The position numbers and the translations under genes are program-made. The notes beneath the pieces were generated by a model. It was not told where the DNA came from, ran no database searches, and saw nothing but the letters and a program-made list of their open reading frames with translations. A DNA stretch of 60,463 bases, filler included. It is 7 parts of 7 records of this genome, joined end to end, with 100 filler letters (N's around TTAATTAATTAA, not from the genome) between each part and the next. Parts side by side here need not be neighbours in the genome. Positions count along the whole stretch, not along the records: positions 40,474 to 48,559 come from SRR31156797_57926; positions 48,660 to 54,937 come from SRR31156797_57965; 5 more parts are not named here. One strand, given 5' to 3'. Shown here piece after piece: positions 45,022-55,037 of the stretch. Numbering within the stretch: position 1 is the first letter of the stretch; each line of letters begins with the position of its first letter.

Positions 45022-46161
45022 TCAGCTCAGGAAGACGGCTTTCTCTTCGTCTGTCCTTATGAATCCCAGCGCGATGTCACGGAACCGGTCCCTGTTTTCC
45101 AGAAAACAGCGGGCCACAGCAGGATCGAAATGGCCCCCCGTCTCCTCTTCGATAATGGAACAGGCTCTGGCATGGGAGAAAGCCTTTTTGTAAACCCGAG
45201 AGGAGATGAGAGCGTCATATACGTCGGCGATGGCCATGATCCGGCAGGAAAGGGGTATGGCCTCGCCGCAAAGCCCTTGCGGATAGCCTTCGCCGTTCCA
45301 TTTTTCATGATGTCCGTAAGCGATTTCGCGGGCAAAGCGGAGAAAGGATTTACCGGTCTGATCCCGTCCCTCGCTCTCGGCGGCTTTTGACAGGGCCTTC
45401 TTCCCGTAGACGGTGTGCTTTTTCATCTCTTCGAACTCTTCATCGTTCAGCTTGCCCGTTTTCAGAAGGACCGCATCGGGAACGCCGATCTTGCCGACAT
45501 CGTGCAGAGGGGCGGACTTTACAAGAAGATCGATCTTACAGCGCGTCAGATCTCCGGAGAAACGGGGTATCCGGCACAGCTCGTTGGCCAGGATCTGGAC
45601 GTAGCGCTGCGTCCTCTGAATATGATTGCCCGTCTCGTTATCTCTGGTTTCCGCCAGAGAGGCGGCCATACGAATCGTTATATCCTGGGTCTGAATAACC
45701 TCTCTGGTCCGTTTGCGCACCATGTTTTCCAGCACGTTTTTCTGATTCTTGAGAACGTCACGCGCCATCTTGACTGAAAGCTGAGTCTCGACCCTCGCTT
45801 GGATTTCCTGTATGTCGAAGGGCTTGGTGATATAGTCCACCGCCCCGAGGCGAAATCCTTTGGTTTTTTTATCGATCTCGGAATTGGCTGTGAGAAACAG
45901 AACCGGTATATCCCGGGTTCTCTCGTCTCCCTTCAGGCGCTCACAGGTTTCGAAGCCGTTCATCTCCGGCATTTCGATATCCAGAAGGATGAGATCGGGT
46001 AATTCCTCTTCCACCGCTTCCAGGGCTTCCTTTCCGTCGGTCGCCACAAGGAGCTCATATTTATCCGACAATGTCTCCACGAGGATATCGATATTCTGAG
46101 GAGTATCGTCCACCAGAAGAAGAGTGGCATTATCAATCAAAGCCTGTTTCTTTTTATCCAT
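45022..46161 (-). CDS. REC-HD-GYP response regulator (RpfG-like c-di-GMP phosphodiesterase)
   Basis: LLVDD, LILLDIEMP, DYITKP; ETGNHIQR, LHDVGKIG, HHEKWNGEGYP, ADVYDAL, RVYK. Confidence 0.93.
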   Translation of the reverse strand: MDKKKQALIDNATLLLVDDTPQNIDILVETLSDKYELLVATDGKEALEAVEEELPDLILLDIEMPEMNGFETCERLKGDERTRDIPVLFLTANSEIDKKTKGFRLGAVDYITKPFDIQEIQARVETQLSVKMARDVLKNQKNVLENMVRKRTREVIQTQDITIRMAASLAETRDNETGNHIQRTQRYVQILANELCRIPRFSGDLTRCKIDLLVKSAPLHDVGKIGVPDAVLLKTGKLNDEEFEEMKKHTVYGKKALSKAAESEGRDQTGKSFLRFAREIAYGHHEKWNGEGYPQGLCGEAIPLSCRIMAIADVYDALISSRVYKKAFSHARACSIIEEETGGHFDPAVARCFLENRDRFRDIALGFIRTDEEKAVFLS

Positions 46162-46317
46162 GACGCCTTCCTTATTTTAAGGGGGGAGAGATTGAGCGAT
46201 CCAGCCTTCGCTGCGGCCTGGCAGCTCTTTCGAAGCCGCGCCGTCTCCCCGGCACCGCCGACTCCCGTAAGACCTTCGTTTATATCGAAGCGGCCGGGCC
46301 CGTTTCTCATACCTATG

Positions 46318-48558
46318 CTAATCCTCCGATCCCTTTCCGATGGTCCGGACAAGTTTGTCCAGGCTTATCTCGGCATCCTTGAACTTGTATCTTCTGATCT
46401 GATTCTGCAGCTCTGCAAAAAGCCCCTCCGCCCCTTCGGGAATCAGGACGCTGCTCTTCAGCTCCTCCAGAAGCTCCTGAACCCTCTTGGGCTGCCTTTT
46501 TTGCAGAGGGGGAGTCATTTCATTCAGAAGGCTGAGCCACTGATCTGAACTCAGCTCCTTCGTCGGGATCGATTTTTCAGCCGCCTCCCGGATATCAGTT
46601 TTCTTTATGGCCCCGACAAGCTGCGTTAACTCCTGTGTGAAGTCATCAAGAACTCCGTTGCCCGCTGCGGCCTGCCCCTCTTTGATAGCGCTGTTGAGCC
46701 GGGCCGCCGCATTCTGCAGATCCCGGGCCCCCAGGTTGCCCGAAACGCCCTTGACCGTATGGGCCACACGCTCTGCGCTCTCATTGTCTCCCCGGGCAAG
46801 ACAGCGCCTGACCTCATCCGCGGCATCTGCGAAATCTTCAGCGAATTCCCGCAGCAGCTCCAGATAGAGAGACCTGTTCCCGCCGATCCTCTGCAGACCG
46901 TCATCTGTGTCGACCTTTTCTATCTCAGGCATTCCGGCTTCCTTTCGTCCGTCGCCCATACCCGCCCCAGGCGGAACGTAGTTAACAGGCAGCGTCCTTG
47001 TCTCCGGTTTGATCCATCTGACCAGGGTCTCCCACAACTTTTCGGGATCAAAAGGTTTGGTCACATAATCGTTCATCCCCGCTTCCAGGACCCTCTCCTG
47101 AACGCCGACCATGGCGTCCGCCGTCATCGCGATGACGGGCAAGTCTTTCAGATCATCCCGGGCACGGATCAGCTCCGTTGATTTGTAACCATCCATTACC
47201 GGCATCTGAAGGTCCATCAGGACGCAGTCGTAATTCCTGCCGGCCGCCTCGGCGGCCTCTCTTCCGTTGCCGACCACATCGATATAAAATCCTTCCTGTT
47301 CCAGGGTTTCCCTGGCCACCTGCTGATTGATCTCGTGATCCTCAGCCAGCAGAATGCGGGCGCCCCGTATCTCCTCAAAGCCCTCGGGCTTGCTCTTCTC
47401 CGACCTGTGATTCTTCAGGGTTATCATACTGGCCTTGCCGAAAACCTGCATGATGCAGTCGAAGAGCATGGAGGGGCTGACCGGTTTGATCAGAAATCCG
47501 TCCAGAAGACCGTCCTCGGCCTTGTGCATGATCTCTTCCCGGCCGTAGCCGGTGACCATAATGATTTTCGGCTGCTTAATCGCTTCCAGATTTCTGATCC
47601 TCCGGGCGGCCTCAAAGCCGTCCATACCAGGCATCTGGTAGTCCATGAGCACAAGATCGTATTCAAAATATTCCGCTCGTTTGACCTTATTCAGCTCCAG
47701 CACGGCAGGCTCGCCTCCTGCGACGCTTCTGGAATGAAACGAGAAATCCTCCAGATAGGAGCTCAGCACATCCCGACAGGATTCATTGTCGTCCACTACC
47801 AGGACTTTGATTCCCCTCAGCTCCTCGGGGGCGATGCGGCAGGTTTTCCGGCCCCCGATTTTAAGCCTGGCCGTGAAGAAGAAGGTGCTTCCCTTGCCGT
47901 ATGCGCTTGTCACTCCGATTTCGCCGCCCATCAGCTCTGACAGTTTTTTACTGATGGCCAGCCCCAGACCAGTGCCCCCGTACCTCCGGGTCGTCGAGCT
48001 GTCGGCCTGCGAGAAGGATTGAAAAAGCTTCTTCTGCTGCTCATCGGTCAGACCGATACCCGTATCGGACACGCTGAAGCGTATCAGAACCGTATCTTCA
48101 GTCTGTTCCTCAAGATCGATGTTCACTTCGATCTGCCCTTCCTCAGTGAATTTTACGGCGTTGTTGCATAGATTCAGAAGGATCTGTCCCAGCCTCAGGG
48201 GATCGCCTTTCAGACTGGTGGGAATACCCAGATCCTGTCGGAAGATCAGCTCAAGCTCCCGGGCGCAGACTTTCTCTCCAATGAGATTGGACAGATTGTC
48301 CAGCACGTCGTTCAGCTGAAACTCTGTCTCTTCAATATCCATTTTACCGGCTTCGATCTTGGAAAAGTCCAGAATATCGTTGATGATCACCAAAAGGTTT
48401 TTGGCGGAGCGTTCGATTTTTTCGATATAATCTTTCTGTTTGGGATCCAGATCCGTCCTGGCCACCAGGCTGCTCAGGCCGATGATGGCATTCATGGGCG
48501 TACGGATTTCATGACTCATATTGGCCAGAAAGTCCCCCTTGGCTTTCGTCGCCGTCTC
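46318..48558 (-). CDS. Hybrid histidine kinase HisKA-HATPase-REC-REC-Hpt (BarA/RpfC-like), 5' truncated
   Basis: [27 protein letters not shown], two receivers (MDYQMP, MDLQMP), Hpt [13 protein letters not shown]. Confidence 0.93.
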   Translation of the reverse strand, partial: ETATKAKGDFLANMSHEIRTPMNAIIGLSSLVARTDLDPKQKDYIEKIERSAKNLLVIINDILDFSKIEAGKMDIEETEFQLNDVLDNLSNLIGEKVCARELELIFRQDLGIPTSLKGDPLRLGQILLNLCNNAVKFTEEGQIEVNIDLEEQTEDTVLIRFSVSDTGIGLTDEQQKKLFQSFSQADSSTTRRYGGTGLGLAISKKLSELMGGEIGVTSAYGKGSTFFFTARLKIGGRKTCRIAPEELRGIKVLVVDDNESCRDVLSSYLEDFSFHSRSVAGGEPAVLELNKVKRAEYFEYDLVLMDYQMPGMDGFEAARRIRNLEAIKQPKIIMVTGYGREEIMHKAEDGLLDGFLIKPVSPSMLFDCIMQVFGKASMITLKNHRSEKSKPEGFEEIRGARILLAEDHEINQQVARETLEQEGFYIDVVGNGREAAEAAGRNYDCVLMDLQMPVMDGYKSTELIRARDDLKDLPVIAMTADAMVGVQERVLEAGMNDYVTKPFDPEKLWETLVRWIKPETRTLPVNYVPPGAGMGDGRKEAGMPEIEKVDTDDGLQRIGGNRSLYLELLREFAEDFADAADEVRRCLARGDNESAERVAHTVKGVSGNLGARDLQNAAARLNSAIKEGQAAAGNGVLDDFTQELTQLVGAIKKTDIREAAEKSIPTKELSSDQWLSLLNEMTPPLQKRQPKRVQELLEELKSSVLIPEGAEGLFAELQNQIRRYKFKDAEISLDKLVRTIGKGSED

Positions 48559-48559
48559 G

Positions 48560-48659
48560 NNNNNNNNNNNNNNNNNNNNNNNNNNNNNNNNNNNNNNNNN
48601 NNNTTAATTAATTAANNNNNNNNNNNNNNNNNNNNNNNNNNNNNNNNNNNNNNNNNNNN
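48560..48659. other. Artificial contig linker
   Basis: N44-TTAATTAATTAA-N44. Confidence 0.98.
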
Positions 48660-48666
48660 TAAACAT

Positions 48667-50079
48667 ATGTTAGGAAAAAAATCAGATCCTAAAGATCTTA
48701 AAAAAGCATTATTCTTAGAGCGCGAAAATGCCTGGGACCATATTCCGGAAACCCAGATGAAAGCGCTTGAAACATACATGGGCGAGTACCGCACATTTCT
48801 CGATGACGGCAAGACCGAAAGAGAATCGGCAGAGACTGCGATCGAGATCCTGGAAAAAGCCGGGTATCTTGATATTCGTAAAACCAAAGATACCAAGAAG
48901 ATCTATTATAACCATCACGGTCGCGCGGTAGCTGTTTTTCGCCAAGGAAAAGGCCCTATCGAAAAGAACCTGCGCATTCTGGTTGCCCATATTGATTCAC
49001 CTCGCTTGGACTTGAAACAATACCCGCTTTATGAAGATGAAGAAATGGCTATGTTCAAGACCCATTATTATGGTGGTATCAAGAAATATCAGTGGGTTTC
49101 ACGTCCATTGGCATTACATGGTGTGATCGCTTTCCCTGATGGAACGGTTCACACTGTCGTGATCGGGGAAGATGATGACGACCCGGTATTCACTATTGCC
49201 GATCTTCTGCCACATCTGGCCGGCAAAGCCCAGATGAGTAAAAAAGCCAACGAATTCATTCCGGCCGAAAAACTGAATATTCTGATCGGTGGAAGGCCTT
49301 TTGTTAATGATAAAGAATTGAAAGACCGGGTGAAACTCCACGTTCTTTCATTGTTGAACGAAACTTATGGTATCACGGAAAAAGATTTTGTTTCGGCCGA
49401 TCTGGAGATCGTGCCTGCCGGCAAGAGCCGTGATGTTGGTTTGGATCGTGCGTTTATCGGTGGATACGGACAGGACGACCGTGTCTGTTCTTACGCTTCT
49501 TTGAAAGCTGTTATCGATGCCGAAGACCCGGAAGTTTCATCCTTGGTTCTGCTTCTTGATAAAGAAGAGATCGGCTCCGAAGGAGCTGCGGGTGCCAATA
49601 CGGTGATCGCCGAACTGGTACTTGGATATGTTCTGGCACGCCACGGTTTGGATCAATCTGCTGTCGTTCGCAGAATGCTGGCAAATGCGCAATGCTTGTC
49701 TGCAGATGTGAATGCCGGTGTGCATCCGGATTGGAAGGAAGTTCACGAACTTCGCAATGCCGGCTATATGAACGGCGGTTTGGTTCTTTCAAAATTCACG
49801 GGTGTTCGCGGAAAAGGCGGCTCGAACGAAGCTTCGGCTGAATTCGTTGCTCATCTACGCAGGATCTTTGACGACAACGGCATTATTTGGCGCATTGCCG
49901 AATTGGGCAAGACAGATGAAGGCGGAGGCGGTACCATTGCAAAATTCATGTCTTACTATTGCATGAATGTGATAGATGCCGGCGTTTCCGTGCTTGATAT
50001 GCACTCGCCTTTCGAGATCACATCGAAAGCTGATATCTGGATGATGTATCAGGCTTTCAAAGCATTTTTGGAAGATTAA
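48667..50079 (+). CDS. M18-family aminopeptidase
   Basis: KTERE, AHIDSPRLDLK, HYYGGIKKYQW, YGQDDR, DKEEIGS, SADV, GGGTI, MHSPFE. Confidence 0.93.
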   Translation: MLGKKSDPKDLKKALFLERENAWDHIPETQMKALETYMGEYRTFLDDGKTERESAETAIEILEKAGYLDIRKTKDTKKIYYNHHGRAVAVFRQGKGPIEKNLRILVAHIDSPRLDLKQYPLYEDEEMAMFKTHYYGGIKKYQWVSRPLALHGVIAFPDGTVHTVVIGEDDDDPVFTIADLLPHLAGKAQMSKKANEFIPAEKLNILIGGRPFVNDKELKDRVKLHVLSLLNETYGITEKDFVSADLEIVPAGKSRDVGLDRAFIGGYGQDDRVCSYASLKAVIDAEDPEVSSLVLLLDKEEIGSEGAAGANTVIAELVLGYVLARHGLDQSAVVRRMLANAQCLSADVNAGVHPDWKEVHELRNAGYMNGGLVLSKFTGVRGKGGSNEASAEFVAHLRRIFDDNGIIWRIAELGKTDEGGGGTIAKFMSYYCMNVIDAGVSVLDMHSPFEITSKADIWMMYQAFKAFLED

Positions 50080-50080
50080 T

Positions 50081-50449
50081 ATGAAAAAAACACTAATAGT
50101 ACTGATCGCTTTGTTCAGTATCGTTTTCGCTAAGATCATGGTGATGAATACCGATCTTGAGGATATTGATAAACATTATATTCAACTAAATATCTCAAAT
50201 TCTTTGTTCAATAAGTATTTAGCGTATGTGGATTTTGGTCAAGGAGGTAATTTCGGAAAACATGTTGTTAAAACATCCGATGGTAAAAAACGATCCTTTA
50301 CATCTGAAATTGATGTGCTGAACGCCTTCTATGAAAATGGATGGGAGATCAACTCTGTTGTTTCAGAGCCATATAGCACCACGAAGGATAGTACGATGAC
50401 AGTACAAACAAAAACCTATTATATCTTGGAGAGAATGGGAGATAAATAA
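50081..50449 (+). CDS. Small exported hypothetical protein
   Basis: Signal peptide ending VFA; VDFGQ...FTSEIDVLNAFYENGWE pattern; tightly spaced in the operon. Confidence 0.7.
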   Translation: MKKTLIVLIALFSIVFAKIMVMNTDLEDIDKHYIQLNISNSLFNKYLAYVDFGQGGNFGKHVVKTSDGKKRSFTSEIDVLNAFYENGWEINSVVSEPYSTTKDSTMTVQTKTYYILERMGDK

Positions 50450-50461
50450 GGGGATAGCAAT

Positions 50462-51925
50462 ATGAAATATTTTAACGTTCTGATCGTTACCTTGTTGTTG
50501 GCGTTGATGTCGTGTTCTTCACCATCAGCCGACATCACTATTTTGCACTGGAATGATTTCCATTCGCATAATACGACCTGGGTGCCGACGCACTATAATA
50601 ATGACGAGCATACTGTCGGTGGATACGCTCTTTTTGATGCGTATCTTGATAGTTTGGGAAAGGTATATCCCGGAGCCATCAAGGTTAATGCCGGAGATGA
50701 TTTTCAGGGTTCGCCCATGTGTGCGGTTACAAAAGGCCTGTCACAGATCGAGATACTGAACAAAGTTAAACCGGACTTTTATACTCTGGGTAATCATGAA
50801 TTTGATTATTCCTGGAAACATTTGGATTCCTTAAGGACCAATGTGGCAAAATTCGGAATATATTCGGCTAATCTGATCGATACCGAAACAGGTGAAGCGG
50901 CAACACCGCAGTTCCGTGTGTTCTATAAAAAAGGCTACAGAGTTGCTATGATAGCATTGACAACACCTTATCTGGACGAATTAACTATGCCTAAAAACCT
51001 TGAAGGTGTCAGGGTGGAAGATCCGGCAGAAACAGCAAAGAACCTGATCCAAACTTTAGGATCCCGTGGCATTGATCTTTTTGTTGTTGTGTCCCATATG
51101 GGAATCGGCCTGGATCGGAAATTGGCTGAAGAAGTTCCTGAGATCGACTTGATCGTTGGTGGTCACTCTCACACTTACATGCGAAAAGCTGAACAAGTGA
51201 ACGGAGTTTGGATCGTTCAGGCAGATGATCATGGCCGCTATGTCGGCGTAACGAATTTTCACGTAGAGAATGGTGATATAACATCATTGGAAATGAAATA
51301 TGTTGAGACCATAGTTGGAAAACTTAAACCTTCCAAGGACGTAGCTGAGATAGTTAACGCTTATGAAAAAGACCTTGCGAAAAAAATGAACGAGGTCATC
51401 GGTACCCTGGAATCTGATTGGCGAGGCGGTGGCGGTGAATCCAATCTTGGTAACTGGATCGCCGATGCCTTTTGTGACGCGACCGGAGCGGACATTGCCA
51501 TGATGAATAACGGCGGTATTCGAAAAAGCCTGAATGCCGGTCCAATTATGGTTCGCGATATCTGGGAAATATCACCTTTTGGAAATACCTTGGTTACATT
51601 TGAATGGACCGGACAAGAATTGATCGACGCGTTAGATTTTATGGCTAAAAAAGGTCGCACCATGCAGGTTTCAGGCATGTATGTGATGCTTGAACGGGAC
51701 AAAGGACTGGTAGATCTTGTCGTGAATGAAGAGGTCGTTGACCCCGAAAAAACGTATACCATTTGTTTGAATAATTACTCGGCCAGTCAAGCTGAAAAAT
51801 ATTTTGGAAAGAAAATTGAAAATATGCATGAAACGGGATTGATCGATCGTGATGTTCTGGTTAATGCAGTAAGAAAAAATCCCAAAATTGATTCAAGGAT
51901 CGAAGGACGGCTTATCATTCTATGA
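50462..51925 (+). CDS. 5'-nucleotidase/UshA-family metallophosphoesterase lipoprotein
   Basis: Lipobox LMS-C; HWNDFHS, AGDDFQG, GNHEFD, SHMG, GGHSH; C-terminal domain NNGGIR, PFGN. Confidence 0.92.
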   Translation: MKYFNVLIVTLLLALMSCSSPSADITILHWNDFHSHNTTWVPTHYNNDEHTVGGYALFDAYLDSLGKVYPGAIKVNAGDDFQGSPMCAVTKGLSQIEILNKVKPDFYTLGNHEFDYSWKHLDSLRTNVAKFGIYSANLIDTETGEAATPQFRVFYKKGYRVAMIALTTPYLDELTMPKNLEGVRVEDPAETAKNLIQTLGSRGIDLFVVVSHMGIGLDRKLAEEVPEIDLIVGGHSHTYMRKAEQVNGVWIVQADDHGRYVGVTNFHVENGDITSLEMKYVETIVGKLKPSKDVAEIVNAYEKDLAKKMNEVIGTLESDWRGGGGESNLGNWIADAFCDATGADIAMMNNGGIRKSLNAGPIMVRDIWEISPFGNTLVTFEWTGQELIDALDFMAKKGRTMQVSGMYVMLERDKGLVDLVVNEEVVDPEKTYTICLNNYSASQAEKYFGKKIENMHETGLIDRDVLVNAVRKNPKIDSRIEGRLIIL

Positions 51926-52938
51926 AAAAACTGATCGCCCTGTTTATTGTTGCAGTATTATTGTTGTCCTGCGGTGAAGGTCTTATTTCACCTGTGGTGG
52001 AAACCGAAATAGATCCAGGTATCCCGAATACACCGGAAAAAGAAGAAGTTTCATTACTGACCGCACCTAAACGCATTAGTTTTGATGATTTTGTGCGTGC
52101 CATTCCGGTACCGGAAGTTACACCGGCACGCCAAGCGATATTTTATGATGGAGCGCAGGGAGATTTCATCGCTGAATATACACAAGCGGATATGACGGAT
52201 ACTCTCGATGGCTACGTTACGGACAATCAGGCGTTTTTTGATCAGGTACTTCAACCGACCATCGCACCCTATCTGGATTCTTTGAAAAACCTCCAAAAAT
52301 ATCAAGCGATCAATGCACTTACTCTATTTATCTATGAAAGCTATGTGGACTTTTTTGGAAATAGTTTTTATCGATGGGGCGGTGATATAACGGACCGCGA
52401 TCAACCGCAAACCGCATCCTCGCATTCAACATCGATCGAGCGTTACGGCATGGATTGTTCGGGTTTTGGCGCGTCACCCTATGAAGCAGCTGTTCAACTG
52501 GGAATTCTTGATTCCACTCAAGAAGAATCTGCATTTTCCTGGATGGGATTCAAATATATTTGCGATCAAGATCCCCTGATCTCCGATGGAGGAGGAAGGG
52601 GCGGCACAACAAATAATTTCCGCCTTGAAGTTTCTGACTTTCCAAAAGTTGGAGAATTGATCACGACCATTAATTCGGGATCCACGCCAAGCGATGAGCA
52701 AATGGAACTTATGCAGGCAGGAGATGCAGTAATAAAAAGCGGACACATGGGCATTCTTGTTGAAATAAACGAAGAGCTGTATTTTCTTGAATCCGGAGGA
52801 AGTACGGTCAATGAAGAAGGATTATATACCCCTTACTTGGCAAAAGATGCGCTGGAAGATTTTGCCAGCCGCCGGACAACCACCATCCTAAGATGCTTGC
52901 CGGATAAGGAAACAAGTACCGGTATTGTGCGTTATTGA
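51922..52938 (+). CDS. Lipoprotein with a divergent NlpC/P60-like papain-fold domain
   Basis: Lipobox LLS-C; YRWGG...GMDCSGF...AGDAVIKSGHMGI (Cys/His dyad). Confidence 0.65.
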   Translation: MKKLIALFIVAVLLLSCGEGLISPVVETEIDPGIPNTPEKEEVSLLTAPKRISFDDFVRAIPVPEVTPARQAIFYDGAQGDFIAEYTQADMTDTLDGYVTDNQAFFDQVLQPTIAPYLDSLKNLQKYQAINALTLFIYESYVDFFGNSFYRWGGDITDRDQPQTASSHSTSIERYGMDCSGFGASPYEAAVQLGILDSTQEESAFSWMGFKYICDQDPLISDGGGRGGTTNNFRLEVSDFPKVGELITTINSGSTPSDEQMELMQAGDAVIKSGHMGILVEINEELYFLESGGSTVNEEGLYTPYLAKDALEDFASRRTTTILRCLPDKETSTGIVRY

Positions 52939-53043
52939 TCTGTGACGGGTAACCGGTAATCCGAGACTTGCCTGTCCGCAGTAGTTTTGAAATAGATTTT
53001 AAGAGACCGAATATCTGCGTCTCATAGATAAAGGATATTTATT

Positions 53044-54912
53044 ATGAAGAAACAGCATTTATTAATAAGCATTGCAGTCATGATACTGTTCGCTTTTTCC
53101 ATCAGTTCTTGCGGTGAAGTTAAAACCGAACCCATTACGTTCGCGTTTCTGGCTGATACGCATATTGGAACGGCGGTGGGAGCTGATGACCTAAGAAAAT
53201 CGGTGCGTGATATTAACGAACAGGAAGAAATAGATTTTGTTCTTCTAGCAGGTGATGCAACAGAGTATGATCTGGCCGGAGAATTGGATACCGTTAAGGC
53301 CATCATGGATGAATTAAAGGTTCCTTACCATATAATTCCCGGGAATCACGAATTGAAATGGTCTGCTTCCGGGGGTGAAAAATTCAAGGAACTCTTCGGC
53401 GATGACAAATTTAACGCCGTATATGGTGGATACAGGTTCATTGGTGTAAATCAAGGCCCGCTTATGCGAATGGGTGAAGGTTTTATTGCGCGTGAAGATA
53501 TCAACTGGGTTAAAAAAGCCCTGAAAAAAATGAGGCCAAAAACTCAGCCGGTTTTCTTTGTTACTCATTATCCAATGGATCATACGATAACCAATTCATA
53601 TGACTTTCTTGAGCTGATCAAACATTATAATACCCAGGCCGTTCTGCATGGCCACGGTCACCGAAATCGCCTAAGCGATTATTCGGATGTAACAGGTATT
53701 ATGGGACGTTCAAACCTCAGCAGGGGAGGCCCCGGCGGGTATAATATCGTTCATATTGAAGCAGACACCATGACATGGATGGAGCGTCGCCCGGTAGAGA
53801 AGGAAAATTTGGAACCTTGGCTGGTGCTGCCATTGGAAAAATTCGAGTATACTGATTCGCATAAAACCCTTAAAGCCGATATGGCGATGAATAAAAAATA
53901 TCCTGAAGTAACAGTCGAATGGACCCATGATTCCGAATACTCTATTACGGCAGCGGTTGCTTTAGTTGAGGACAAGGTGATCTTTGGGAATCGATCAGGT
54001 AAAATTATTGCGCTTTCTGAAGAAACCGGCAAAGAAGTATGGACATATCAGACGGGAGGTCCTGTTTTTACGGAACCGGAAGTATCCGGAAATATGATTT
54101 TTGTGACCTCAACAGATTCATTTTTGTATTGTTTGGATCACAACAATGGCGAAAAACTATGGAAATACAGGACCAAGGGAGCTATTGTAGCTCATCCCCT
54201 TGTTCAAGATAATGTGGTTTATTTTGGCGGTTCCGACGGAAAATTCAGAGCGGTAAACGCTAAAACTGGCAAGCTTGTCTGGGATTTCATGCCAATCAAA
54301 ACATATATCGAATCCAAACCGCTGTATGCCGAAGGTAAAGTGATATTTGGCGCCTGGGATACACATTTATATGCATTGGATGCAAAAAACGGACGATTGC
54401 ATTGGATGTGGAAAGGTGAAAAGAGCGGTCGCTTATATTCACCGGCGGTTGTTCATCCCGTATACGCAAACGGCAAAGTATTCATCGTTGCCCCCGATCG
54501 TGTTATGACAGCGATAGATATAAATGACGGCTCAACAGTTTGGAGATCCGATAAATTCAAAGTACGTGAAAACATAGGATTGTCTGAAGATGCTTCCACA
54601 GTCTATGCAAAGACCATGTGGGATATCGTTTGCGCTGTTTCTACCGAAGGTGATGAACCGCAAACACGCTGGAGCAGTGAAGTGAATTATGGTTTTGAGA
54701 TAGATCCTTCGATTCCCGTAGAATATGAGAATAACCTATATTTTGCTACGCAATTCGGCTTTGTATATTCTCTTGATTCAGAAACAGGTAAAGTAAACTG
54801 GGGACATCGCATTGGCGGTAATTTGCTGAATACTCCCGTAATTGATGGAAACTCATTGATCGTTTCCGGAATGGATGGGAAAGTAACCAAACTAGTAACT
54901 AGTGACGAGTGA
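53044..54912 (+). CDS. Calcineurin-like metallophosphoesterase fused to a PQQ/BamB-like beta-propeller (lipoprotein)
   Basis: ADTH, AGD, GNHE, THYP, HGHGH; repeats of the ALxxxTGKxxW type. Confidence 0.9.
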   Translation: MKKQHLLISIAVMILFAFSISSCGEVKTEPITFAFLADTHIGTAVGADDLRKSVRDINEQEEIDFVLLAGDATEYDLAGELDTVKAIMDELKVPYHIIPGNHELKWSASGGEKFKELFGDDKFNAVYGGYRFIGVNQGPLMRMGEGFIAREDINWVKKALKKMRPKTQPVFFVTHYPMDHTITNSYDFLELIKHYNTQAVLHGHGHRNRLSDYSDVTGIMGRSNLSRGGPGGYNIVHIEADTMTWMERRPVEKENLEPWLVLPLEKFEYTDSHKTLKADMAMNKKYPEVTVEWTHDSEYSITAAVALVEDKVIFGNRSGKIIALSEETGKEVWTYQTGGPVFTEPEVSGNMIFVTSTDSFLYCLDHNNGEKLWKYRTKGAIVAHPLVQDNVVYFGGSDGKFRAVNAKTGKLVWDFMPIKTYIESKPLYAEGKVIFGAWDTHLYALDAKNGRLHWMWKGEKSGRLYSPAVVHPVYANGKVFIVAPDRVMTAIDINDGSTVWRSDKFKVRENIGLSEDASTVYAKTMWDIVCAVSTEGDEPQTRWSSEVNYGFEIDPSIPVEYENNLYFATQFGFVYSLDSETGKVNWGHRIGGNLLNTPVIDGNSLIVSGMDGKVTKLVTSDE

Positions 54913-54937
54913 CTGGTTAAGGTAGAAGAAAAAAGTT

Positions 54938-55037
54938 NNNNNNNNNNNNNNNNNNNNNNNNNNNNNNNNNNNNNNNNNNNNTTAATTAATTAANNNNNNN
55001 NNNNNNNNNNNNNNNNNNNNNNNNNNNNNNNNNNNNN
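54938..55037. other. Artificial contig linker
   Basis: N44-TTAATTAATTAA-N44. Confidence 0.98.

Noticed and set aside
46162-46317. c-di-GMP riboswitch before the HD-GYP gene
   Set aside because: GC-rich with a GAAA-like loop, but it lacks the GGCAAAC...GACGCAAAGC core.
13609-54993. Recurring TTAATTAATTAA as a biological repeat or CRISPR-like element
   Set aside because: It is always centred in N-runs of fixed length, so it is an assembly spacer with stops in six frames.
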